Source: Thermodesulfobacteriota bacterium | GTDB lineage: Bacteria > Desulfobacterota > Desulfarculia > JACQYL01 | DNA: 64,000 bases | NCBI GenBank assembly: GCA_963675595.2 | Contig: CAXXLZ010000002.1 | Coordinates: 3,520,001 to 3,584,000 of the forward strand | Direction of reading: 5' to 3' | In this document: positions 9,537-19,142 of the stretch, in pieces | Position numbering within the stretch: position 1 is the stretch's first letter | Layout: every line of letters begins with the position of its first letter | Made by a program: the position numbers and the translations under genes | Notes under the pieces: model-generated | What the model was told of the DNA's origin: nothing | What the model saw: only the letters and a program-made list of their open reading frames with translations | Databases searched by the model: none

Positions 9537-10248
9537 AATTTCTCCTTTGTTCACCAGGGATTATGATTTCAAGCCAAGTCGGGCCATGGTTGCATGGCTG
9601 AAGGTCAAATGACTGTGCCGACACCTCAGGTGAACCGAGGTGTGCCTTCGTCGCGAGCATTCGGGGGGGACTCCCGATTCTAAGAGTCCGCCTCGGCTCC
9701 GCCGGCAGGCCGAGTCCATGTTGGGTCGACATAGGTGAGGAATTCGCTGGAAGCTTACACGGGTTTGCAGCGGAAACACCGATGGACGAAGCGACGCTCA
9801 AGCAGTTTTCGACACGGTCGAAAGGGAGAGCACTCTTCTTCAATTCGCTTGTCGGAGTCTCCGGAACGGAAACGGCTTGCCGCGAAATGATCCGTGCTTC
9901 AAGAAATCGATGGCCACCGGTCGGTTAGGAGCGGCCGAACAGCCTCATTCCCCCTCTGCGGATCCCCAACACGGCCACGTTGCCGCTCAATACAAGTTTT
10001 CGTCCCTAACAGATGGGAGGGAGATGCTCAAGTGTTTTATGTAATCTTGTTATGGATTTTGTTTTGGGGATTGGCGGGCGGGAAGTCACTTTTCCGTACA
10101 CCCGGAGTTCGTTTCGGCCGGCCCTTCAAAACCGAGGGAGGGACTTTTTCTTTCCATCCACGACGAAATCGGGGTATAAGTTCCAACCGTTTCAGGCCGT
10201 TTGCTTTGAGAAGAAGCGGACGGCAAAATCAATAAAGAGGATGGCAAC

Positions 10249-11649
10249 GTGGAAAATGTAATCACTCGGTTTCCCCCGAGTCCTACGGGATATCTGCACA
10301 TCGGCGGCGCACGCACCGCTTTGTTCAATTGGCTTTACGCACGCCGCAACGGCGGCAAGTTCATTCTTCGCCTCGAGGATACGGACACGGTCCGGTCTTC
10401 TCAGGAGTATGTGGACGCCATTATCGACGGCATGACGTGGCTGGGGCTGGATTGGGATGAAGGCCCCCACTATCAGAGCCGTCGTTTCGATCTTTACAAC
10501 GGATACATCGATAAGCTGCTGGAAACCGGACGCGCCTACTACTGTAACTGTCCCCCCGAAGAGCTGGAGGCCAAACGCAAAGAGGCCCTGGCCCAAGGCC
10601 GTAAGCCCATGTACGACCGGAAGTGCAGGGAGTTGGGATTGGGACCGGGCCCCGGCACCGTGGTGCGCCTCAAATCGCCTCTCGTGGGAGAGACCCGGTT
10701 TGAGGATATGATCAAGGGACATATTTCCTTTGAAAACAGTGAATTGGACGATCTGATCCTCAAACGGAGCGACGGGAGCCCCACCTATCACATGGCCGTG
10801 GTGTGCGACGACATCGACATGAAGATCACCCACGTGATCCGTGGGGACGACCATGTAAACAATACGCCTCGACAGATACTGATCTATCAGGCTTTGGAGG
10901 CCCCCCTGCCCAAGTTTGGACACGTTCCCATGATTCTGGGATCGGACAAGACCCGGTTGAGCAAGCGCCATGGCGCCACCAGCGTGCTTGCCTATCGCGA
11001 AATGGGGTATCTCCCTCAGGCGCTTCTCAACTACCTGGTGCGCCTCGGCTGGTCCCACGGGGACGAAGAGGTCTTCTCCAAGGAGGACCTGCTGGAAAAA
11101 TTCAGCCTGGAAAACGTGGGGAAATCCGCCGGTGTGTTCAACCCGGAAAAGCTGCTCTGGCTGAACAGCCATTATATCAAGGAATCCAAGCCGGAGGACC
11201 TGGTGGGTCCGCTGAAGCCTCTGCTGGAGAACCTCGGCATCCAAAATCCGGACCCGAACATCACGGCCGCGGCCGTGCCCACGCTCCAGACCCGTTCCAA
11301 GACCCTGGTGGAAATGGCGGAAGGCGCCGCCTTCTATTTCTTGGAAGAAGTGGAATATGACCAGGCTGCCGCGGACAAATTCCTGAAACCGGATTTCGTC
11401 GCTCTGTTCGAATCCATGCATCGGGGCCTTTCCGACCTCGCGGAATGGAAAGAAGCGGACATGCAGCCGGTCTTCGAGAAGCTCATGGAGGAACAGGGCC
11501 TCAAGTTCGGCAAGATCGCCCAGCCCCTGCGCGTGGCGCTTACCGGAAAGACCGTCAGTCCGGGCATCTTCGAAGTTCTCGAAGTGTTGGGCAAAGAGAA
11601 GAGCCTGAACCGGATCCAGCGGGCCCTGGACCGGATGCGCGGCGACTGA
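10249..11649 (+). CDS. gltX: Glutamate--tRNA ligase
   Basis: TRFPPSPTGYLHIGG (HIGH), IRGDDHVNNT, RLSKRHG (KMSKS). Confidence 0.98.
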   Translation: MENVITRFPPSPTGYLHIGGARTALFNWLYARRNGGKFILRLEDTDTVRSSQEYVDAIIDGMTWLGLDWDEGPHYQSRRFDLYNGYIDKLLETGRAYYCNCPPEELEAKRKEALAQGRKPMYDRKCRELGLGPGPGTVVRLKSPLVGETRFEDMIKGHISFENSELDDLILKRSDGSPTYHMAVVCDDIDMKITHVIRGDDHVNNTPRQILIYQALEAPLPKFGHVPMILGSDKTRLSKRHGATSVLAYREMGYLPQALLNYLVRLGWSHGDEEVFSKEDLLEKFSLENVGKSAGVFNPEKLLWLNSHYIKESKPEDLVGPLKPLLENLGIQNPDPNITAAAVPTLQTRSKTLVEMAEGAAFYFLEEVEYDQAAADKFLKPDFVALFESMHRGLSDLAEWKEADMQPVFEKLMEEQGLKFGKIAQPLRVALTGKTVSPGIFEVLEVLGKEKSLNRIQRALDRMRGD

Positions 11650-11670
11650 ATCAAGGAGAGGTAATCATTC

Positions 11671-11702
11671 ACGGGGGGAACTTCTAAAAAAGTCCCCCCC
11701 GT
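11671..11702. repeat. REP-like hairpin / terminator downstream of gltX
   Basis: acggggggaactt-ctaaaa-aagtccccccc-gt; related hairpins near 12526-12553 and 56440-56469. Confidence 0.45.
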
Positions 11703-11826
11703 ACGGCCTCACCGCCTTCGGCGGAGAGGCTGAGAAAGAGGAAGTTCCCATGCCCCGGTGAATCTACGGGAATTTTTCTTGACAACGGAACGCATCACTG
11801 GTACCTCTCCAATCTTCATGCACTAG

Positions 11827-11901
11827 AGGCGCGTAGCTCAGGGGGAGAGCGCTACCCTGACACGGTAGAAGTCAAGGGTTCAAATCCCTTCGCGCCTACC
11901 A
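11827..11901 (+). tRNA. tRNA-Val(GAC)
   Basis: AGGCGCG/CGCGCCT acceptor stem, anticodon arm CTACC-CTGACAC-GGTAG, T-loop GGTTCAAATCC, encoded CCA. TTGACA at 11779 upstream. Confidence 0.97.
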
Positions 11902-11926
11902 CGGAAAATCAATGCGTTCGCATGAA

Positions 11927-11962
11927 AAACGGGGCCGCCGGCAGGCCCCGTTTCGTTTTTTT
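11927..11962 (+). terminator. Intrinsic terminator of tRNA-Val
   Basis: aaacggggcc-gccggca-ggccccgttt followed by a T-run. Confidence 0.75.
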
Positions 11963-12084
11963 CCGTATTTTTTTCTCAGCCGCGTTGCACTCGGTTTCGT
12001 CCAATGACCCTGTCTCAGCCGATTGTGAATCCGTGGCACCGTACGACGCTGCTTCGTAGAAACTCCCGCTCCTCCGTCAGCCGA

Positions 12085-12453
12085 CCGTCAATCGTTTTCA
12101 GAAACGGCCGCAGAAAAGCATCAAGCTGATGTCGCCTCTCGCCGTTACCGCCGTACCCTCCCGCAAACTCTTGATCGTGTTCACGAGCGCCCCGTCTCTC
12201 GGGCGATCTCCTTGACTTCTTTGCCGTACACCAGATTGTCGTCCGAACGTAACCGTAAACACCCGATATCCCGGCAACGACACTCTTCCATTCGGTGAGG
12301 ATACGTTCCAGCCGGCGAAGGACGTGCGTGGTGATCTGAAAGGAATCGACAAGGGCGACGAATCCTTCATGTTTTCCGGGCTTAGCCGGATCCGGATTCG
12401 GCGGGTATCATCGGTCGGGACCCTGCCGAAATCATCTTCGATCGTGCGATCAT
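12085..12453 (-). pseudogene. Decayed ECF sigma factor remnant
   Basis: Fragments in alternating frames: TDDTRRIRIRLS/GKHEGFVALVDSFQ (start of region 2), SLPGYRVF and VYGKEVKEIARETGRS/VNTIKSL (region 4 HTH). Frameshifted and internally deleted; boundaries approximate. Confidence 0.5.
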
Positions 12454-12582
12454 GCGATCGCCCTTGCTCCGAGGAACTTGACGCGCCTGGGCGACGAGGT
12501 CTGTTCGAGAAGCGTTGCATGGGGCGGGGGAAACTCTTTCGAAGGCTTCCCCCGCGAACCCCCGCGAACGGACGTACGTGTT

Positions 12583-14835
12583 CTATTTCGTATACCCTGC
12601 AATGAAGGCTACGTAGTCCTGATTCCCCGTGTTGGCCGTGACATCCGTGTAGCTTTTGTTCGAAGGCTCGAACACGTAGCCGCTGAGGGAAGGCGTCACG
12701 GTGCCGCTCCACCCGGCCGGCACGCCGTAAGCGTAGTCCCCGTTGGCGTCGGTGGTGGTACTACCGGCGCCGTCGCTGAAAGTGACCGTCACGCCCTGCA
12801 TGGGGCTCCCGCCCAATACAAAGCTGATGTTTCCCGAAATGAAGACCATGATTTGGGCCGCATAGAAGCCCGTATAATCCTGGTTGTTCACACTGGAAGT
12901 CAGGTCGGTGTAGCTTCTGGAAGTGGGATCAAAGGTGTATCCGCTCAAGGAAGGCGTTACGGTGCCGTTCCACCCCGCGGGCACACCGTAAGAGTATTCT
13001 CCGTTGGCATCGGTGGTGGTACTACCGGCGCCCCCGCTGAAGGTGACCGTTACGCCCTGCAGGGGCGTGCCTCCCAAAGTAAAGGAGATCGTTCCGGAAA
13101 CGAATACCGTGGCTTGTGCCGCCACGAAGCCGGTAAAATTCTGATTCAGGTAATCGAATACGACGTTGGTGTAGGAGCGCGACGTGGGGTCGAACGTATA
13201 ACCGCTCAGCGAAGGAGTCACCGTTCCGGACCAGCCGTCGGGTACCTGCATGCCGTAATCCCCGTTGGCGTCGGTGGTAACGGAGCCTAGTCCACCGCTG
13301 AACGTCACAGTTACGTTTTGCATGGGGGAGCCGCCCAGCACGAAGATCACCCTGCCGGAAACGATGTGGCCCGAACCGCCCGTGGACGTGCCTTCAAAAT
13401 TCTGGTCGATGAGGTTCGTGTTCACCGCGCCGTAGCTAAGGGACGGGGGGACGAAGGTCCAGCCGCTCTTGGAGGGGGTGGCCGTTCCGGTGTAGGGTGC
13501 GGTGAGCTGCTTGCTGTAGTGGCCCGAGGCGTCGGTGGTGGTGGTGCCTCCGCCGTTGGTATAGCTGATTGTCACGTCGGGGATGGGGTTATAAGGCGGG
13601 GAATCTTCCACCACGATTCCGGAGAGCGTTACGGTCTGTGGGGAAGTCGCTGTAGCTTCGTAGTCTTCTCCGGTCACGTCGGCCGTGACGTTGGTATAGC
13701 CCTTGGAAGACGGCGCGAACGTGTACCCGCCCAGTGAAGGCGTGATGGTGCCGCTCCAGCCGTCGGGAACCGGGAGACTGTAATTGCCCGACGCGTCGGT
13801 GTTGGTCGAGCCCGCGCCGTTGTCGCCGGAAATCGTTACGCCCGAAAGCGGAGTCCCTCCCGGTGCGACCGTCACGGCGCCCGATATCGCGTGCGTCCCG
13901 GACGAAGAAACCGAAATGTATTCCGTGCGCAGGGAAATGAATGCCACGCCGTTATATACTACGGTACGCCAGACGTCATAAGCGCCCGGAGATGCGTAGG
14001 TGTGTTGCGGGTTCTGGTCCGTGCTCATGCCGCCGTCGCCGAAATCCCAGTCGTATGCCGAAAGCATGACATTGGACGTATCGGTGAACTGCACGGACAG
14101 AGGCGCCGCACCGGACGTCGGACTTGCCGTGTAGTCAATGTCCAACGGTGCGGGCGGGTACAGCTTGAACACCTGATAGCCGAAGTTGTTGGCCTGCGGA
14201 TGGAGCGGGTCTGCCGAGACGGAATGCACGGTGATCACGCCCTGGCCCGCGCCGCTGAATTCCATTTCGATTTCTTCCGAACCGTCGCCCAGACTGGGGG
14301 CGACCAAGGTGATGTCCGTGGGATCGCCCACAAAGGCCTGAAAAGTCTCCGCATCGAAGGTGTAAACCACCACCATGCCTCCGGCGGCGTATTCCTGAAC
14401 GTACAGGTTCACCGAACTTGATGCGTCTTTCCAGATGCCCGAGTGGTCCGTGCGGATGGCGTCGAAGATCTTCTCGATTTCCTCTTCGAAAAGGATCTCG
14501 GGCGATCCGGTCGTCAGGTCCCACAGTGTGGCCACGGCTTCGGCGTCGCTCGAGAATTCAATGCGCAAACGACGATCGGAATCCGGGTCCAGTGAGTCCG
14601 CCTGGAAATTGTTCAGCACGATATCGGCTTGAAATGCGTAAAACGTAAGGCCGTCCGGAGTATAGATGACGATGGTGGATCCGGTTTCGTAATTCTGGAT
14701 ATAGAAGTTGTGCGTTGTGCCGGTGGGCGTATCCTTCCAAATACCCTGGGTTTGAGCCCATCCCGGGGCCGTATGGAGCCAAAGGATCAGTAAACCCGTC
14801 AATAGAATCCAAAGCTTGTAACGTGCCGAACGCAT
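12583..14835 (-). CDS. Secreted surface protein: 2x GIWKD domain + PKD + 5 beta-sandwich (carboxypeptidase-regulatory-like) repeats
   Basis: GGAG RBS and signal peptide ending GWA-Q. PKD motif PTSGAAPLSVQFTDTS...WDFGDG...QNPQHTY. Repeats SG.V...GVTVTFS.G.GSTTTDANG.Y...VP.GWSGTVTPSLSGYTF.P. Confidence 0.88.
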   Translation of the reverse strand: MRSARYKLWILLTGLLILWLHTAPGWAQTQGIWKDTPTGTTHNFYIQNYETGSTIVIYTPDGLTFYAFQADIVLNNFQADSLDPDSDRRLRIEFSSDAEAVATLWDLTTGSPEILFEEEIEKIFDAIRTDHSGIWKDASSSVNLYVQEYAAGGMVVVYTFDAETFQAFVGDPTDITLVAPSLGDGSEEIEMEFSGAGQGVITVHSVSADPLHPQANNFGYQVFKLYPPAPLDIDYTASPTSGAAPLSVQFTDTSNVMLSAYDWDFGDGGMSTDQNPQHTYASPGAYDVWRTVVYNGVAFISLRTEYISVSSSGTHAISGAVTVAPGGTPLSGVTISGDNGAGSTNTDASGNYSLPVPDGWSGTITPSLGGYTFAPSSKGYTNVTADVTGEDYEATATSPQTVTLSGIVVEDSPPYNPIPDVTISYTNGGGTTTTDASGHYSKQLTAPYTGTATPSKSGWTFVPPSLSYGAVNTNLIDQNFEGTSTGGSGHIVSGRVIFVLGGSPMQNVTVTFSGGLGSVTTDANGDYGMQVPDGWSGTVTPSLSGYTFDPTSRSYTNVVFDYLNQNFTGFVAAQATVFVSGTISFTLGGTPLQGVTVTFSGGAGSTTTDANGEYSYGVPAGWNGTVTPSLSGYTFDPTSRSYTDLTSSVNNQDYTGFYAAQIMVFISGNISFVLGGSPMQGVTVTFSDGAGSTTTDANGDYAYGVPAGWSGTVTPSLSGYVFEPSNKSYTDVTANTGNQDYVAFIAGYTK
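12600..13370 (-). repeat. Intragenic tandem repeat, 261-bp period, three closely related copies
   Basis: The anchor aaggcgt/aaggagt recurs at 12690, 12951 and 13212. Confidence 0.85.
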
Positions 14836-15217
14836 GGAGGACTCCTTTCACCGCTTGTCGCCACCGCGCCGCAACTACCGGCGACGCCGACCGTTGTTTG
14901 GGTATATGGGCCACTCTACGGGTCGGGAACGCAACCGATCCGTAGTTCGTCGGCTGATGGGATTCACATCGGGGTTTCCAATCCAATATACACTTTCGCC
15001 TTTACGATTCGCAATATCAGGCTCCGCGATCATTATCATCAACTTTTTCCGATCATTGAGTGAGCCATTGGCTCTTTTGGCCTTGGGAACTTCTGCAAAA
15101 TTTTTCTCAGGATTCCGAAAATCCGAAGGGTTTTCGAGAGGGGCTCGTGAGGGCTCTTGATGTTTTTATGGACCGTAACGTATTGAGATTCAACGGGTTG
15201 TGGTTGCCTGATCAGCT

Positions 15218-15321
15218 TGACACGGTAGATGTCGCGGGTTCAAATCCCTTCGCGCCCACCACGGAAAATCAATCCGTTCCCATGAAGAACGGGTCCGCCG
15301 GCAGGCCCCGTTTCGTTTTTT
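15218..15321 (+). repeat. Displaced 3' half of tRNA-Val plus terminator copy (att site)
   Basis: TGACACGGTAGATGTCGCGGGTTCAAATCCCTTCGCGCCCACCA lacks the 5' acceptor strand and D arm. Confidence 0.88.
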
Positions 15322-15498
15322 CCCACCGTCGTTTTTCTGCTCAACCACGCCGCATTCAGGCTCGACGCCTAATCATTGCAGCCCCTTTTTTTAAAAAAAC
15401 CGTTCGATTTCGAGTCTCCCGAACCCTTACAATGAGGCGGCGCGCCGGACGCGCGTCCGGTCAATTCCAGGCGAGGATTGGAAAGCGGAGGTTCCCGG

Positions 15499-16560
15499 GT
15501 GATTCGATATGAAAACGTAACCAAGATTTTCGGAAGCGGCGCCAAGGCGGTCACGGCGGTCAACAACGTGACCATGCAAGTGGAAGCCGGGGACTTGGTT
15601 ACACTGCTGGGGCCTTCAGGCTGCGGAAAAACCACCCTGCTCAGGCTGACCAATCGTTTGATCCCCTTGACAAGCGGCAGGATCACGGTGGACGGCCGTG
15701 ACATTCTGTCCGAAGACCCGGTGAAGCTGCGCCAATCCATGGGTTACGCCATCCAGGCGGTGGGACTTTTCCCCAACAAGACCATCTATGAGAACATCGC
15801 CACGGTGCCTCGTCTGCTCAAATGGAAAGAGGACCGGATTCGGAGCCGGGTGGACGAGCTGCTCACCATGCTGCGTCTGGACCCGGAAGCGGTCGGACGA
15901 CGCTATCCCGTGGAACTTTCCGGGGGACAGCAACAGCGCGTCGGGGTGGCGCGTTGCCTGGCGGCGGATCCCAAGCTGCTGCTCATGGATGAACCCTTCG
16001 GAGCCATCGATCCCATCAATCGCGAGGTGATTCAAAACGAATTTCTGCGCATCCAGGCGAGGCTCAGGAAGACCATTATCTTCGTGACCCACGACATCCA
16101 CGAAGCCGTCAAGATGGGGGATAAGATCGCCATCTTTCAGGCCGGGCGTCTGGTTCAGTACGACACGCCGGAAGCCGTGCTTACACGGCCCAAGAACGAT
16201 TATATCGCCGATTTCGTGGGCGCGGACCGGGCACTCAAAGTGTTGGGGCTGCTCAGGGTGAGGGATGCGCTGGGCAAAGCGGGACACTCCTCGGTTCACT
16301 CCCACCGGGAAACACCAAAAGCCGGTTCCGGTCCGGAGGTGGAAGGCGGTGGACCCGACGCGGCGAGGAAAGAGGCGAAGAGCCGCGTCGAAACCGCCGA
16401 GATGGGCGATACTTTGAAAGACGTGCTTTCATCCATGCTCATGTCGGACGTGCGTGAACTCAGCGTGGTGAACGATCGCGGAGAACCTGTGGGATCCATC
16501 ACCATGGACGACGTGCGGCGGGCCATACGTGAGATGTACGCCGAAGCGGAGCCGGATTGA
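15499..16560 (+). CDS. Osmoprotectant (OpuC/Osm-type) ABC transporter ATPase with C-terminal CBS remnant
   Basis: GPSGCGKTT, LSGGQQQRV, LLMDEPFGAIDP, FVTHDIHEA. Confidence 0.92.
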   Translation: MIRYENVTKIFGSGAKAVTAVNNVTMQVEAGDLVTLLGPSGCGKTTLLRLTNRLIPLTSGRITVDGRDILSEDPVKLRQSMGYAIQAVGLFPNKTIYENIATVPRLLKWKEDRIRSRVDELLTMLRLDPEAVGRRYPVELSGGQQQRVGVARCLAADPKLLLMDEPFGAIDPINREVIQNEFLRIQARLRKTIIFVTHDIHEAVKMGDKIAIFQAGRLVQYDTPEAVLTRPKNDYIADFVGADRALKVLGLLRVRDALGKAGHSSVHSHRETPKAGSGPEVEGGGPDAARKEAKSRVETAEMGDTLKDVLSSMLMSDVRELSVVNDRGEPVGSITMDDVRRAIREMYAEAEPD

Positions 16561-16561
16561 A

Positions 16562-17236
16562 ATGGGCGTTTACCGTTTTATTGCGGATCATTTCGACCAA
16601 TGCCTTTACCTGGCCTGGGAGCATGTGACCATTGTGGGGTTGGCTCTGTTCTTGGCGATACTCATCGGGGTCCCCACGGGAATTGCGATCACCCGAAACG
16701 AGGCAACGGCCCGCAAGGTCATCGGTGCGGCCAATGTGCTCATGACCGTGCCGTCCATCGCTCTGTTCGGAATCATGCTCCCGGTATTGTCCTTGATCGA
16801 TCAGGGATTGGGTAAGGTGCCGGCCGTGGTCGCCCTGGTGCTTTACAGCCAGCTTCCCATTATTCGAAACACCTATACGGCCGTGAAGAACGTGCCTCCG
16901 GAGCTGGTTGAAGCGGGAAGAGGCCTCGGCATGTCCCCATGGCGGCGTTTGTGGGAAATTGAAATTCCCCTGGCCGTTCCGGTCATTTTGGCGGGTCTGC
17001 GCACCGCCGCGGTCATGAACATCGGGATCGCCGCCATTGCCGCGTACGTCGGGGCCGGCGGCCTCGGGGTGCTGATCCAGCAGGGGATCGGGCGAGTCTA
17101 TGAGGAGATGATCGTGGCCGGAGCCTTGCTGGTTTCTTTGCTGGCGATCTTTGTGGACGGGGCCATGGCGCTGCTGGAACGCCTGGTCACGCCCAAAGGC
17201 ATCAAAGTGGCGCGAGGAACGGGCAGGCAGGGATGA
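16562..17236 (+). CDS. Osmoprotectant ABC permease
   Basis: TVPSIALFG, LPIIRNTY, EAGRGLGM (EAA loop), GAGGLG. Confidence 0.92.
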   Translation: MGVYRFIADHFDQCLYLAWEHVTIVGLALFLAILIGVPTGIAITRNEATARKVIGAANVLMTVPSIALFGIMLPVLSLIDQGLGKVPAVVALVLYSQLPIIRNTYTAVKNVPPELVEAGRGLGMSPWRRLWEIEIPLAVPVILAGLRTAAVMNIGIAAIAAYVGAGGLGVLIQQGIGRVYEEMIVAGALLVSLLAIFVDGAMALLERLVTPKGIKVARGTGRQG

Positions 17237-17351
17237 TCATTGGTTTTGGTACCCGCGGACGGAAGGCTGTTTCGCGAGTGATGGAGAATGCACTCCCGTC
17301 TCGGAGCGTTTCGCGAAAAGCGGCATTGTGTGCCGCCGAAGATAGCGACGG

Positions 17352-18092
17352 ATGACGAGAATCTTGAAAAGAATTCCCCGACTACTCCTAGTACTCCTGC
17401 TTCCGGCAGTGGGCGTTGGGATCGATCGCTCCGGCCTCATCGACTATCTGTCCGATCCTTATGAGCTGCAATATACATGGGAGCTCATCGTCCAACACTT
17501 GATTCTGGTCGGGGTGAGTATGCTCGGCGCCGGGGCGGTGGGTTTGAGTATAGGCATTCTGCTTACACGGCCTCGCTTTCGAAGGCTCACGCCATTTATC
17601 ATGTATGTGGTCGGTCTGGGACAGACCGTCCCCTCCCTGGCCGTCATCGCGCTGGCCATGAGTTTTATGGGAATCGGATTCAAACCGGCGGTTTTCGCCT
17701 TGTTCGTTTATTCGATTCTGCCCATTGCCCGCAATACACTGGCGGGAATTACCGCCGTTCCGGCCTGGATGGTGGACGCGGCCAAAGGAATGGGCATGAG
17801 CGACCTCCGGATATTGTGGCATGTGGAGCTTCCCAATGCCATGAAGGTCATTCTCACGGGTTTTCGCATCGCATTGGTGATGAACATCGGTACGGCGGCC
17901 CTGGCCTTTCTGATCGGCGCAGGAGGTCTGGGAGAACACATCTTCACGGGGATCGACCTCGTGAGGGCGGACAAGTTGCTCGCGGGCGCCATTCCCACGA
18001 CCTTGCTTGCCCTGGGGGCGGATTACCTGGTGGGATTGGCGGGCCTGCTGCTGATTCCCAAGGGGCTCAGGCTACAGGACGGAGGATCGTAA
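17352..18092 (+). CDS. Osmoprotectant ABC permease
   Basis: QTVPSLAV, LPIARNT, DAAKGMGM, GAGGLG. Confidence 0.92.
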   Translation: MTRILKRIPRLLLVLLLPAVGVGIDRSGLIDYLSDPYELQYTWELIVQHLILVGVSMLGAGAVGLSIGILLTRPRFRRLTPFIMYVVGLGQTVPSLAVIALAMSFMGIGFKPAVFALFVYSILPIARNTLAGITAVPAWMVDAAKGMGMSDLRILWHVELPNAMKVILTGFRIALVMNIGTAALAFLIGAGGLGEHIFTGIDLVRADKLLAGAIPTTLLALGADYLVGLAGLLLIPKGLRLQDGGS

Positions 18093-18184
18093 CTCGGGCC
18101 CTGATCGCATGCGCTCGTTGATCGGGAACGACTTTGAAGAAGCGGAGGCCGGTGCGGGGGCTAAATTTAGACCGGGAGGGCTGT

Positions 18185-19093
18185 ATGAACATGAAGAACC
18201 TGATTTTGTCGATTTTCATTCCGGTGTTGCTCATTGCCGGGTTTTCAGTCGCTTCGGAAGCTCGCGACGCCGTCGTTGTGGGTGGAAAGAACTTCACTGA
18301 GCAATACGTGCTCTCGGAATCGGCCAAGATTCTGTTGGAGAAAGGGGGGCTGGAGGTCCGTCTGAAAACCGGAGTCGGCTCAGCCGTGATCCGTCGCGCT
18401 CTGATGAACGGCCAGATCGACCTTTACTATGAGTACACCGGCACCGCTTATAATGTGTTCTATAAGGAGTCGAATCGCGAGATTATGACCGATCCTTTGA
18501 AGGTATACCAATGGGTCGCGAAAAGGGACGCCGCGGAAGGCCTGGTCTGGCTTGAGCCCGTGCGGTTCAACAACACCTACACGCTGATGATGCGAAAAGA
18601 CGATGCCGTCCGGCTGGACATCCAAACCATCGGCGACTTGAGTGCCTATGTGAACGAAAATCCGGATGACCTGGTTTTCGGAGTGAACGCCGAGTTCTGG
18701 GAGCGTCCGGACGGGTTCAAACCTCTGATGAAGACCTATGGATTCCGGGTACCCTACGGCAATATCCGCAAGATGGAATCCGGGCTCGTGTACAAAGCAC
18801 TCAAAGAGAAAAGCGTGGATGTTTCCATGGGCTTTGCCACCGACGGTAGAATTTCGGCTTTCGGTTTCATGATTCTGGAAGACAACAAGCACTATTTTCC
18901 GGTGTACAATCCGGCTCCGGTGGTCCGAAAAGAAGTGCTCGACGCCCATCCGGAGATTCGCGAGATTCTTCAACCCCTGGCGGACAATCTGGATACGGAG
19001 GCCATGCGAAAGCTGAACTCCCGGGTGGACGTGGAACACGAGGACGCGGCTTCGGCCGCTCGGAGCTGGCTAGTGGAGAACGGCTTGCTCTAA
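18185..19093 (+). CDS. Glycine betaine/choline ABC substrate-binding protein (OpuCC/OsmX-like)
   Basis: Signal peptide, GGKNFTEQ, YEYTGT, FNNTY, RPDG, TDGRI, YFPVY. Confidence 0.92.
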   Translation: MNMKNLILSIFIPVLLIAGFSVASEARDAVVVGGKNFTEQYVLSESAKILLEKGGLEVRLKTGVGSAVIRRALMNGQIDLYYEYTGTAYNVFYKESNREIMTDPLKVYQWVAKRDAAEGLVWLEPVRFNNTYTLMMRKDDAVRLDIQTIGDLSAYVNENPDDLVFGVNAEFWERPDGFKPLMKTYGFRVPYGNIRKMESGLVYKALKEKSVDVSMGFATDGRISAFGFMILEDNKHYFPVYNPAPVVRKEVLDAHPEIREILQPLADNLDTEAMRKLNSRVDVEHEDAASAARSWLVENGLL

Positions 19094-19142
19094 TTCCATC
19101 CGCTGCCGCAATCGAATGTTTCCTGCTAAGGGTCTGAGAGAC

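Larger units (their letters stand above)
11858..15321. mobile_element. tRNA-Val-anchored genomic islet (att direct repeats 3,360 bp apart), no integrase
   Basis: 11858-11961 is repeated at 15218-15321 with 8 mismatches by my count; homology starts in the anticodon loop. Confidence 0.8.

Noticed and set aside
9561-10240. Short ORFs or ncRNA in the lipoprotein-gltX gap
   Set aside because: No convincing RBS, motif or known RNA structure seen
12600-13370. Near-identical repeats as a DGR template/variable repeat pair
   Set aside because: All copies are in-frame coding, differences are largely synonymous and not adenine-specific, and there is no reverse transcriptase in the window
14900-15000. 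Possible c-di-GMP riboswitch upstream of the surface-protein gene
   Set aside because: A hairpin is present (ctacgggtcgg/ccgatccgtag) but the GEMM core and tetraloop-receptor motifs do not match; an Rfam scan would settle it
15218-15261. Second tRNA-Val gene
   Set aside because: No 5' acceptor strand or D arm, and the T-stem is mispaired; treated as an att remnant
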